The position numbers were made by a program, and so were the translations under genes. Below the pieces are notes generated by a model that was not told the origin of the DNA, did not search any database, and saw only the letters and a list, made by a program, of their open reading frames with translations. A DNA stretch of 64,000 nt from Salisapilia sapeloensis CBS 127946 (Eukaryota > Protista > Oomycota), in the NCBI GenBank assembly GCA_023334545.1, contig JAADVB010000013.1:62001-126000 (forward strand), written 5' to 3'. Below, piece by piece: positions 1-9,364 of this stretch; the stretch's first letter is position 1, and the number at the start of each line of letters is the position of its first letter.

Positions 1-509
1 CGCTCTCCTTCTTCCTGCCTCTTTTGTAATAAGCGTAATACTCGATGAGCAGCATGGTAGTCTAATGGTTGGCCGACATGATTTAAAACGGCGTCCTGAA
101 TATCTTTTGGACGCGTACGTGTCGAGATTTCGAGTAGAGATGGTACCATCTCGGATAAATATCCCAGTCGATTCACGGACGCTCGACGTCGTGGTTTCTC
201 TGCGTCTGAATCCGGGCTGTCGGGAGATATGCCTTGGGCATCATGAACACACGTGTGATGGTCGATACAGACGGTCACTACAACTTTACCGATACGAGGC
301 TTCCAGAAAGCTCGTACACGGAATGGACAATCCGGGTATTGAGTGCAGACGACGACGTACACCTGGCGTTTACACTTCTTGTACTTGGTCGTGAACTGAG
401 CTTGGACGGCCCATCGCCGCATGGCCGCTTTAAAGCCAGCAAAGGTCGAAAACTCTTTACCGAGCGACAGCGCCGCTGGAAAGGTGGACGCATCGAGCGT
501 GGTCGCCAT
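1..509 (-). CDS. MULE/MuDR-type transposase-derived protein, 5' part only (runs off the window edge); paralog of 1794..3770
   Basis: Not in the ORF track. Manual translation from the ATG at 509 gives MATTLDASTFPAALSLGKEFSTFAGFKAAMRRWAVQAQF...VVVCTQYPDCPFRVRAFWKPRIGKVVVTVCIDHHTC...LDYHAAHRVLRLLQKR with no stop down to base 1. It aligns with the N-terminal MuDR DNA-binding domain of 1794..3770 (F..F..FK.A...WA; CPFRVRA.WK; H..C; LDY....RV.R.LQ.R). Confidence 0.85.
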   Translation of the reverse strand, partial: MATTLDASTFPAALSLGKEFSTFAGFKAAMRRWAVQAQFTTKYKKCKRQVYVVVCTQYPDCPFRVRAFWKPRIGKVVVTVCIDHHTCVHDAQGISPDSPDSDAEKPRRRASVNRLGYLSEMVPSLLEISTRTRPKDIQDAVLNHVGQPLDYHAAHRVLRLLQKRQEEGE

Positions 510-841
510 TAATTTCTTCGTGGATGGACAGGCCAAGGTCGTACGATTAGTGTACTTCTGTCTACCAAAGGCTTCTCGCAGTTGTTTGTTATGGTTAGAA
601 ACATGTTAGGATCATAGGTAACATCAATCCCACTGTTTGTAGCGCTCCCACTTGCTACTCATCAACTGCAGTTCGTTCATTTTTACTAGAGACATGTGCT
701 ATTTACATGGAGATACAGGAATACATTCGGATTCATCAAAGATTTTCTAGTCGTTTGTTGAAAGAGGTACAATCAAGTGTGTACACACGACGGGTTGTTG
801 AGATGTTGTGTTTTCGGTTTAGAAAGCAATGAACATGTTCT

Positions 842-1708
842 CTATTCCTCTTCACTTTCGTCGGAAGCGAAGAGCATTTCACAGATGCGGTCGTCGAGTG
901 ACCACTCGTCTTCACAAGCTGGGAAAGCAAGCAAGAAGGCAATGATATCACTAGGTTCCTGATCCTGTAAATCTAACCATTCGACAATCTCCAAGACGGT
1001 TTTGCCTTCGAAATGGAAATTTGTCACTTGCTCACCAAAGCGGTCATTTTCAGCACTCGTAGCTGACATTGAGCTGTCACGATGAGACTCGGGGTCGTCG
1101 TCAAAGTTACTTTCGTACATCTCTCGAGGGTACTCGGACGGTGTCTGCAGTTCGATTTCGGCCCATAGCTCTTGTTTCGTATGGACACCAAAGCCGACGC
1201 TTACTTTGAAATGCACATGAGTCAATATGGCCGAGTCATCGTTGTCATCGTTTTCGTCGCTTTCAATAGCAGTCGCAGCTTTATATCTAGCGAACTCATA
1301 CTTTACGATAAGCTCTGTCGAGTTATCCTCGACGGCCTTCTTTCGCTTTTTGTTCTTGTGCTGAGAATTGTTCGGGCGTTGCCATACCACTGTGGTTGTC
1401 ATCGTGACGTTACGATCATCGTCATAGCTACATTCATGCTCCTGGACTATCATCGAATCCATAAGATCTTTAAATGCAGTCGTTGGGGTGTCCATTGCGA
1501 CTCCATCGACCAAGTCCTTGGCAGTTGGATGCATGAGCATCTTGCTTTTCAGCCTCTGTGTGTCATACGCACGTTTAGTGTACGCATAGAGCTCCCTGAG
1601 AGCGTCTTCTCTCATTGCAACATCATTCTCTTCTAGTTGTTTCACAGCAGCTTCGGCTGCAGACGCCACGGCACTGCCGATACTACTAAATCGAGCATTT
1701 CCAGTCAT
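842..1708 (-). CDS. Hypothetical acidic protein, 288 aa
   Basis: Long single-exon ORF from an ATG, with coding-like composition, a basic patch (KNKKRKK) and an acidic tail. No family recognised. Confidence 0.75.
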   Translation of the reverse strand: MTGNARFSSIGSAVASAAEAAVKQLEENDVAMREDALRELYAYTKRAYDTQRLKSKMLMHPTAKDLVDGVAMDTPTTAFKDLMDSMIVQEHECSYDDDRNVTMTTTVVWQRPNNSQHKNKKRKKAVEDNSTELIVKYEFARYKAATAIESDENDDNDDSAILTHVHFKVSVGFGVHTKQELWAEIELQTPSEYPREMYESNFDDDPESHRDSSMSATSAENDRFGEQVTNFHFEGKTVLEIVEWLDLQDQEPSDIIAFLLAFPACEDEWSLDDRICEMLFASDESEEE

Positions 1709-1793
1709 TTTGTCTACTTTTGATGTTGTTTCGAACGATTTTCAAACGGTTCGAAAAACCGGACTAGGACACTAAACGCGGACACAAACGAGT

Positions 1794-3770
1794 ATGAACG
1801 TGCCGAAGTGCGGTGCCGACGGAGAAGCTCTTGCTGGGGAAGATTATGCGCTGCATATGAGACAGCAATTCCGATCCTTTGAAGAGTTTAAGACTGCCTT
1901 GTTAAAATGGGCATTGCACGCACACTTCTCTCCTCGCATTCGATATTCGAATAAGCGCTATAAAGTCGCTGTCTGTATGAACGCACCGAAAGAATGTCCC
2001 TTTCGCGTACGTGCTGTGTGGAAGGACAAGAAGCAATGCGTTGAAATCACAGTGCTTAAGCCTGATCACACTGCGTGTCTCGGTGCTGCGCCAGCAGGTC
2101 GATCGCCCCTGAGTAATTTAGCCTTTTTGACAGACACAGTCGCAGAGTATCTCCAGCCGGACAGTGATATACGCGCCCAGGAAGTACAGAATGTTGTTGC
2201 ACATAGACTTGGCTACAGCTTGGACTATGCAGTATGCTATCGAGTGGCTCGTAAGCTACAGGAACGCTTTTTCGGCCACGAACGCGCTCAATTCGAGCTT
2301 CTTCCTGCCTATTGCCAAGTACTACAGACGAAAGACCCGTCAGGAAGTTTCATCCTTGAGCTCGATCCTTTTAGTAATGAATTCCAACGCATTTTTATAT
2401 GTCCGTCCGCGAGCAAAAACGTGCTTGCGGCGTCCCCACCACTGTTATTCATAGAGGCAGGACGTGCTGCTGCCAACTACCACCACACTCTATTCTTTGC
2501 TGCTTGCCTTGATGGCAATGGAGAACTAGCGCTGTTGTGTTGGGCGCTTGTAGAGGAAGAAACACAAGGCAGTTGGCAGTGGTTCATGTCGAACATGAAA
2601 CGTTCCTTGCCTTCCCTTGAAACGCTGCATCCAGCTATCATCATCGACGGCGAGGTCGGTTCTCAATCAGCCGTTCTGACTGAGATGCCTGGAGCTCATG
2701 TCAGCTTATGTTGGGAAGCATTAGGGTCCAAGATCCGAGAAGCTTTCGGTTCAGACGTCCTGAAGACGTTCCAACACCTCGCAGCAACGCATTCTCCTGA
2801 TCAGTTCCAGCAAGCTTTAGTGTCGCTCTGGTCACGCAATGCCTTAGCTCACGACTTTCTCCAATCGCTGTCTCCGGCCTCGTTTTCCAATGCGTTTTTC
2901 CCTACTCCACGCTTTGGCATTCGCAGTCTCCAGCCTCTCCGTTTGTTGTTCCAGCGACTTTCCGGTGAAACGTCTATGGCAGTCTTGGATTGTCTGATGG
3001 GTATCTGGGATACAGAGATGGACACAAGGGCAAAGCGAGTGCGTACGGCAGAGCAGTATCCGCAAGGAACAAAGTACACGACGATTAGTCAGCGATCACT
3101 CAAGCAAGCGATCGCAGGAGCTAGTAAGTACGACGTGGTTCTAGATCAAAATGCAGAACAGACGTCGGTAGCGGTCGTGAAAGAACGATCGACGGTCAAG
3201 TATGACGCACCGACATTCCATGTAAGTCTGTCCGAAAAGACGTGTTCGTGTGGACTATTCCAAGACACGTGGATGCCATGTGCACATGCTGTGGCAGTCA
3301 TGTACAAGCTTCGGTATGCGCCAGATCAGTATATGCCGACATACTCCACTGTCGGACCGTACGTGAGTGGATATAGTTCAGCATTTCCTGTTGTGATGCT
3401 GGATGACGTGAGGTCAGTGCAGTATGGAGACCAGTTTTCCCATACGCTCGCACCGGATGAAGATGCTTCGTTACTGGCAGAAGTAGCGTCTTTAAGTGGC
3501 ATGGAATCTGAGCTGCAGTCGATATCGGCGTCCGCAGCCGAACTCAAAGCGATTCATGGGGGTGAATTGATCGGAGATGGCACGTGGAAGTGTGCTGCAC
3601 CGACTGCCAGAGGTCCTGGCGAACGCAAAGCCGGTCGGAAGAAGAAGAAAGTAATGGGCAAGCGCGAGAGTGGAGAGACTGGACCGAAGCGACGCATGCC
3701 GAAATGTTCTGTTTGTCGGCAAGTCGGTCACTACAAGACGAAATGTCCGCTAAGTGAAGTGTCAATCTAG
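1794..3770 (+). CDS. MULE transposase-derived (MUSTANG/FAR1-like) protein with SWIM zinc finger and CCHC knuckle; probably domesticated
   Basis: MuDR N-terminal domain, then a MULE core (FFAACLDGNGELALLCWALVEEETQGSWQWFM), a SWIM finger (TCSCGLFQDTWMPCAHAVAV) and a C-terminal knuckle (KCSVCRQVGHYKTKCP). No terminal inverted repeats seen in the short flanks. Confidence 0.9.
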   Translation: MNVPKCGADGEALAGEDYALHMRQQFRSFEEFKTALLKWALHAHFSPRIRYSNKRYKVAVCMNAPKECPFRVRAVWKDKKQCVEITVLKPDHTACLGAAPAGRSPLSNLAFLTDTVAEYLQPDSDIRAQEVQNVVAHRLGYSLDYAVCYRVARKLQERFFGHERAQFELLPAYCQVLQTKDPSGSFILELDPFSNEFQRIFICPSASKNVLAASPPLLFIEAGRAAANYHHTLFFAACLDGNGELALLCWALVEEETQGSWQWFMSNMKRSLPSLETLHPAIIIDGEVGSQSAVLTEMPGAHVSLCWEALGSKIREAFGSDVLKTFQHLAATHSPDQFQQALVSLWSRNALAHDFLQSLSPASFSNAFFPTPRFGIRSLQPLRLLFQRLSGETSMAVLDCLMGIWDTEMDTRAKRVRTAEQYPQGTKYTTISQRSLKQAIAGASKYDVVLDQNAEQTSVAVVKERSTVKYDAPTFHVSLSEKTCSCGLFQDTWMPCAHAVAVMYKLRYAPDQYMPTYSTVGPYVSGYSSAFPVVMLDDVRSVQYGDQFSHTLAPDEDASLLAEVASLSGMESELQSISASAAELKAIHGGELIGDGTWKCAAPTARGPGERKAGRKKKKVMGKRESGETGPKRRMPKCSVCRQVGHYKTKCPLSEVSI

Positions 3771-4047
3771 AATATAGGTGATTTGGATGTCCAAACTAGA
3801 ATTGGTCGTTTTTTTGTTTTTATAGCTAGAATGTTGGAAATAATAGCGACATAAAAGAAGATATAATTGTGATATGATTAAAGAAGGGGACATAATGGAA
3901 TGCCTATTATTTTATGAGACGATGGATGGCTGAGCAATAAACGCTCGACCAGTGATTGAGAGGTGTCGCGTAGGATCCTTTAGGGCTCGATCGACGTCTT
4001 TTACGAAGCAAAGCTACCTTCTATTCGTATCTCATTAGCACAGCACT

Positions 4048-5844
4048 ATGGCGGATAACTCTGGTTCGTATTGAATGTTATCCTACCTCCTTGTATCGTT
4101 CATAAGCTCATATTATTTTCATTCGGATGTAGATAAAAAGCCTGGACTTAACCCAGGCGCCAAGTCCTTTTCTTTTAACCCCGGTGCAGCTACCTTTACG
4201 CCGAACTTTGGAGGACCTCCTCCGGCTCCGGCAGAGGACCTCCCGGCTAAGACGAGCTTCACGCCTGTGATGCCAACGCCCAAGAAGGGTGGCGCTGCGG
4301 TCATTGGCGGAGGTGACGAGCCTCCTTCCGCTCCGGAAGCTTCTGCTGAAGAAACCAAGGAAGAGACCGAGGAAGAGGCAAAGGAAGAGGCAAAAGAAGA
4401 GGCAAAGGAAGAGGAGGAATCGGTGGAACAAGTGCAGGAGAAGGTAGAGGAGATGAACGTGGAGGACGATGGAGAGGACGACTATGACGAGGAAGGTGAA
4501 GCACCCAAAGAAGAGGAGGTGGGTGATGAAGATCCTCGTGAACACTTGAACGTCGTGCTCATTGGCCACGTCGATGCTGGCAAATCGACACTTTCAGGAA
4601 ACATCTTGTACCTCATGGACATGGTCGACAAGCGTACGATTGAGCGATACGAGAAGGAAGCTCGTACGCGTAACCGTGAGAGTTGGTTCCTAGCGTTCAT
4701 CATGGACACGGGTGAGGAAGAGCGTGCAAAGGGAAAGACTGTGGAAGTCGGACGTGCCCACTTTGGCACGGAGAACCGTCGTTTCACGATTCTCGACGCG
4801 CCAGGCCATAAGAACTATGTGCCGAACATGATCCAGGGTGCATCTCAAGCCGACGTGGGTATCCTCGTCATCTCTGCTCGTAAGGGCGAGTTCGAAACTG
4901 GCTTCGAGCGTGGTGGGCAGACGCGTGAGCACGCGATGCTTGCCAAGACGCTGGGTATCGACAAGCTCCTGGTCGTTGTGAACAAGATGGATGAAGCCGA
5001 GTGGGCGCAAGAACGCTTTGACGAGTGTGTCGGTAAGCTCCGTCCGTTCTTGCGATCGTGTGGGTTCCCCGTCAAGAAAGACGTTGCGTTCATCCCGATC
5101 TCTGGCCTCACGGGTGAGAACATCAAGGACCGCGTGACCAAGGAAGTCGCTCCGTGGTACGAAGGTGACTCGCTCATCAACTTTATGGACAAGATGCATA
5201 TTGGTAACCGACAGTGGGACGCACCTCTGCGTGTCCCGATCTTGGACCGATACCAAGACCGTGGTACCGTCGCTCTAGGCAAGGTGGAAGCTGGTGTCTT
5301 AAAGAGCGGACAGAAGGTGATGCTCATGCCCACGGGTACGCAGGCTCTTGTGACGCAAGTCTACATCAACGACGAGCCTGTGCGTACGGCCAAGGTCGGT
5401 GAGAACGTGACGATGCGCGTGAATTGCGGATTGGAGGACATTCAAAAGGGTTTTGTTCTGTGTCCGACGGACAAGAGCGGTGAGAACGTCGAGCGTCCAC
5501 CCAAGGCCGTCCACTCGTTCATCGCTCAGATCGCTCTCGTTGATACGCTCGAGCACCGACCGTTGTTGACGGCCGGATACACGAGCATCCTGCACATCCA
5601 CACGATCGTCCAAGAGTGTACGATCGCCAAACTTTTGCGACCGATTGACCCGAAGACTGGCAAGCCAGTTAAGAAACCCGTCAAGTTCATCAAGCAAGGA
5701 CAGAGCGTGATCTGCCGCATTGATGTTGAACGTAGCATCATGGTGGAACTGTTTTCGTCGATGCCGCAACTAGGCCGATTGACGTTGCGTGACGAAGGAA
5801 AGACGATTGGTATTGGCAAAGTGATGCAGCTCGGCAAGGAGTAA
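4048..5844 (+). CDS. SUP35: Eukaryotic peptide chain release factor GTP-binding subunit eRF3
   Basis: GTPase motifs GHVDAGKST, DAPGH and NKMD; KGKTVEVGRAHF; EF-Tu-like domains II and III. Likely true start is the ATG at 4048 (exon MADNS, intron 4064..4132 GT..AG), which splices in frame to DKKPGLNPGAKSF. Two PAM2-like motifs at the N-terminus. Confidence 0.95.
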
Positions 5845-5898
5845 GAGACATTTGTTTACAACAGTAGATGCGCTTTGCTTGCTTTTTCTTGTTTTTAT

Positions 5899-7241
5899 TT
5901 ACTTGAGTTGATCAAGAGATGCACCGAGTTGTTCTCGTGCGACGAAGAAGATGGACACGAGAGACGTTAGTTGCAGCTGCTCGGAGCTACCGGTGGATAA
6001 ACGATGCTCAAGCTGCGCCAGTTGATCGTACAGGTACATGCGCGCCTTGGGCGGCAAGTCTAGCTCGGTCGTTGCAGCGTACACGTCTTGAAGGAGGTCG
6101 CTCGTGGCGTATCCTTTTATAGCTTGGAGCTCACTGCACTTGGCTACGGCAGAGGCAAAGTCCAGAGTCCAGAGCCAATGCAGAACGCTCTTAATATCGC
6201 TCGGAAGAGGATTTCCAGTGCACAGGTAGACGTTGGTCTCATCAATGTCGTCGTAGCCGAGGGAGGTTGCTTGCAGGATGTTCAAGATACGACGCATGTC
6301 GCCTTGACCGAGTTTCAAGAGCGCTTTGAAGCCATCTTCTGTCAGGTTTAAGCTATGGAGGTGGTTAAAGCAAGGGTTGGATGTTGAGTAGAAGATCAAA
6401 TTACTTCTCGAGCTGAGCGATGTGTTGGATACGGTCACGCACTTGTTCGTCGCTGAGAGGAGCAAAGCGAAAGCGAGTGCATCGGGATTGGAGAGCTGGA
6501 ATAATCTTGCTGACGTAGTTGCAGATAAGACAGAAGCGAGCGTTCTTGGTATACTTTTCGATGACTAGAAGAGAGATGAGAATGGAGATAGTGCTTGGTG
6601 CAGGAGACGATGTACCTCGACGAAGAGAGAATTGAGCATCGTTAGTCATCGAATCAGCCTCGTCCAATATCACGAGCTTTACTCCGGTACTAGTACGCTT
6701 GTTATGTTTTGCTCGTCAAGGGTGGAAGGGTGAGTAGGTACCTAAAGAGCTTTTTCGTGCCGGCAAACTCCTTTACTTGATTTCGAACGACGTCAATACC
6801 ACGGTCATCAGAAGCATTGAGCTAGATATTAATGTAGGAGTTAGTATAAGGTTCCTGCGCGGTCGTATGAGATGCTATTGAGGCGTACTTCGAGCACCAT
6901 GGAGCCGTAGTTTTTGCCATAGAGTCGACGGGCAGCAGCGATAATCATCGAGGTTTTGCCTGTACCAGGTGGGCCGTAGAAAAGGAGATGGGGAAGCTTT
7001 TGAGCATCAATAAGCTTGTTCAAAGTCGAAATGATCTGCGTATGAGCGATCACATCGTCTAGACTCGATGGTCGGTACTTTTCGACCCACGGCCACGACT
7101 CCGTCGACCTGTTTCTCGCTGAGATACCTTCAAATCTAATTACCATCATACCATTGAATATAATGTATTAAAAAGTAAAATGTATCATGCAGTATAGAAG
7201 CCATACTGGGGTGTTGTCTCCATGTCCACATCTTCCGTCAT
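5899..7241 (-). CDS. RFC5: Replication factor C small subunit (RFC5 / yeast Rfc3 type), multi-exon
   Basis: [20 protein letters not shown] (Walker A), [24 protein letters not shown] (Walker B), [11 protein letters not shown] and [11 protein letters not shown], spread over exons separated by short GT-AG introns. Start [12 protein letters not shown] inferred at 7241, with a first intron splicing to [19 protein letters not shown]. Confidence 0.92.
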
Positions 7242-7352
7242 TTTGTTGCTATGGGTTTTCGCGGGAAACGTCGTAGGTTGCTCGAGTCTATACATTACCT
7301 TCACGCAACATCCTTTCAACTTGAATTACGCACCAGCAAAAATCGATACGAG

Positions 7353-7895
7353 ATGGAGACACCAGAGCACCAAGAATCGATGGAAACGAGTACTTCTGTC
7401 CAGCAGATCTCTACGAGCGAATTCGAACGTCAAGCTGAAGAGTACACGGCTGAGCAAGTGGAACGTCTCAATGCTGCTGTGCGTGATGAGCCTGATATTG
7501 GACGCAACTCGGTCTACTTTCGGAATCCGACAAACGTGAAGAAAGGGCTGCCAGTATTCCAAGGTCGTCATACTCGATTTGTCTATGACGATCAGGATGA
7601 TATTATCGATAGTGTGGACGTGAGTAAGGAGAAACAAGATGGTCCGCACGTCCGTACGGCGGATGAATTGAGTGACTCGAGCGATGGTGAAGAGATGAGC
7701 GAAGAAGAGGATGAAACCGGTGTCTCGAATCGATTCCATCCGTACGGAAGAACTGAGGAAAAACAGGATGTGGAAATGGGCGACGAGGAAGTTGGTGACT
7801 TGCTTTCAAAGATGCAGCATGAGATGCATCAAGTTGCTTTGGACGAGCAAGCGCTCCTCAACCAAGCAAAGGCTGCGGACGTGGACATGCAATAG
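7353..7895 (+). CDS. Hypothetical acidic protein, about 180 aa
   Basis: Part of the ORF 7251..7895. The start at 7353 (METPEHQES) is preferred because 7251 almost touches the RFC start. Glu/Asp-rich, no family recognised. Confidence 0.65.
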   Translation: METPEHQESMETSTSVQQISTSEFERQAEEYTAEQVERLNAAVRDEPDIGRNSVYFRNPTNVKKGLPVFQGRHTRFVYDDQDDIIDSVDVSKEKQDGPHVRTADELSDSSDGEEMSEEEDETGVSNRFHPYGRTEEKQDVEMGDEEVGDLLSKMQHEMHQVALDEQALLNQAKAADVDMQ

Positions 7896-7988
7896 GGATC
7901 AGGCATCAAGTCTGGATAACTTATGCATTGTTTCCATTGCTTTTCGATATTCAAATGTATTTTTCCATTCCACAAGTGCCCTGGCTTA

Positions 7989-9116
7989 CTATTGTTTTGA
8001 ATTCGTATTCGCCTTTGCGTCTTCCACATTGTTGTTCGTAGATGCCATTGGAGCATGGGCATTTCCCTTCTTCGACGCTCGTTGCATCTCCAATCGGTAC
8101 TGAACGATAGCAGTGAAGTCCAGCATGTATGCTGCGACGGCATCCAAATCGACAAGCGCATTCTGGCCTTGATGTAGAATATCGGATTCTGACACGCCCG
8201 TCAGTAAACTCTGCTGTGTCCCATTCCCATTAGCATTGTCTTCCATGGATGTGTTTTCCACCGCTGCAGACTTACAGCCGTCCATGTGCTTTAGAATTTG
8301 ACCATGGACACCGCTAGTACATCGCTGCACGAGGTTTTCAATCGCCATGATGATTTGTCCTAACGCCAGCGTCTTCTGCGTCGTCTGTCTTAAACTCGCG
8401 TCGGCTTCATGTTGCATCTTCATTGACCGCAACTCTTCTGTTTCACGGTCTCGTTGCAAGGCGGCGATTTTGTTATTCGCCATCAAGATTTCATTCGCAC
8501 GTTCCTTCTGGAAAAACGCAAGTGAACTACGTTTGCGCTCGGTTTCATCCTCCTGTGTCACTTGGTTTTGACTCAAGTCTCGATTCGTTTCCATTAACGT
8601 TCGATAGCGATTCACTAGATCCGCTATCTCAGGATAATCTTCTGGCACGCTTTCCTGCACCGACTCGAGGTATTTCATATACTTTATATTTTTTTGTACT
8701 TTGGACCGAAGTCGATCACTTTCATCTTGGAGTTGTTGCAGTCGAAGGTGGAGATCTTCTAGCTCCCGCTCTTTCAATTCTCGTTGCTTGACTTCCTCTG
8801 ATGCACGCTTTACAGCTCGATTCCGCTTGGACTCATTCTCTTGTAAAAACTTATTGAATTTGATCAATGACTCTTGTAGTTCCAAGTCTTTCTTCCGAAG
8901 ACGATCTTCCCGGCGTCCAAACGCATCTTCTCGACGAGCAAATTCCTCCTTTTGGGCATCTAGTGCTTCCTGCACTTCAAACATTTGACGACGCTTTTCT
9001 AGTAACCTCGTGGCAGGCGAGACGTTTTCCAGCGTTAAAGTCGGAGGCACCTTACTAGACTTGTTCATAATCATGGCTGCTCCAGCAGCACTAAAAGGAC
9101 TCGATCGGCCATCCAT
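7989..9116 (-). CDS. CFAP73: Coiled-coil flagellar protein of the CCDC42/CFAP73 (DUF4200) family
   Basis: Family signature TRLLEKRRQMFEVQEALDAQKEEF...RKKDLELQESLIKFNKFLQENESKRNRA, followed by a long coiled coil. Confidence 0.85.
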   Translation of the reverse strand: MDGRSSPFSAAGAAMIMNKSSKVPPTLTLENVSPATRLLEKRRQMFEVQEALDAQKEEFARREDAFGRREDRLRKKDLELQESLIKFNKFLQENESKRNRAVKRASEEVKQRELKERELEDLHLRLQQLQDESDRLRSKVQKNIKYMKYLESVQESVPEDYPEIADLVNRYRTLMETNRDLSQNQVTQEDETERKRSSLAFFQKERANEILMANNKIAALQRDRETEELRSMKMQHEADASLRQTTQKTLALGQIIMAIENLVQRCTSGVHGQILKHMDGCKSAAVENTSMEDNANGNGTQQSLLTGVSESDILHQGQNALVDLDAVAAYMLDFTAIVQYRLEMQRASKKGNAHAPMASTNNNVEDAKANTNSKQ

Positions 9117-9364
9117 TCCTCTTCAACGTAGAAAGATAATCTTGGCATTGACTCGAAATCTGGTCAGGAGATATAAATAGAAATGGACGAGGAAGGTCGA
9201 TAGTGCAGTCTATTGATGAACGCGTGAAACGACGCACAGGGAAAGTGGTAACGTCGCCATAAGAGTCCAAGACGTCTTCCGTAGGCCAGATCGGGACAAG
9301 CAATTTACCATTTACCTCCCCTTTAGTACCCTTCACCAACTCATAGCTCCGCAAGCAAGCAGCA

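Noticed and set aside
65-512. Plus-strand ORFs 65..394 and 234..512
   Set aside because: They are antisense shadows of the MULE-derived ORF on the minus strand (509 to below 1), which has clear homology.
4075-4132. Hydrophobic signal-peptide-like N-terminus MLSYLLVSFISSYYF on eRF3
   Set aside because: It is translated intron sequence. An upstream ATG exon splices in frame, and eRF3 is cytosolic.
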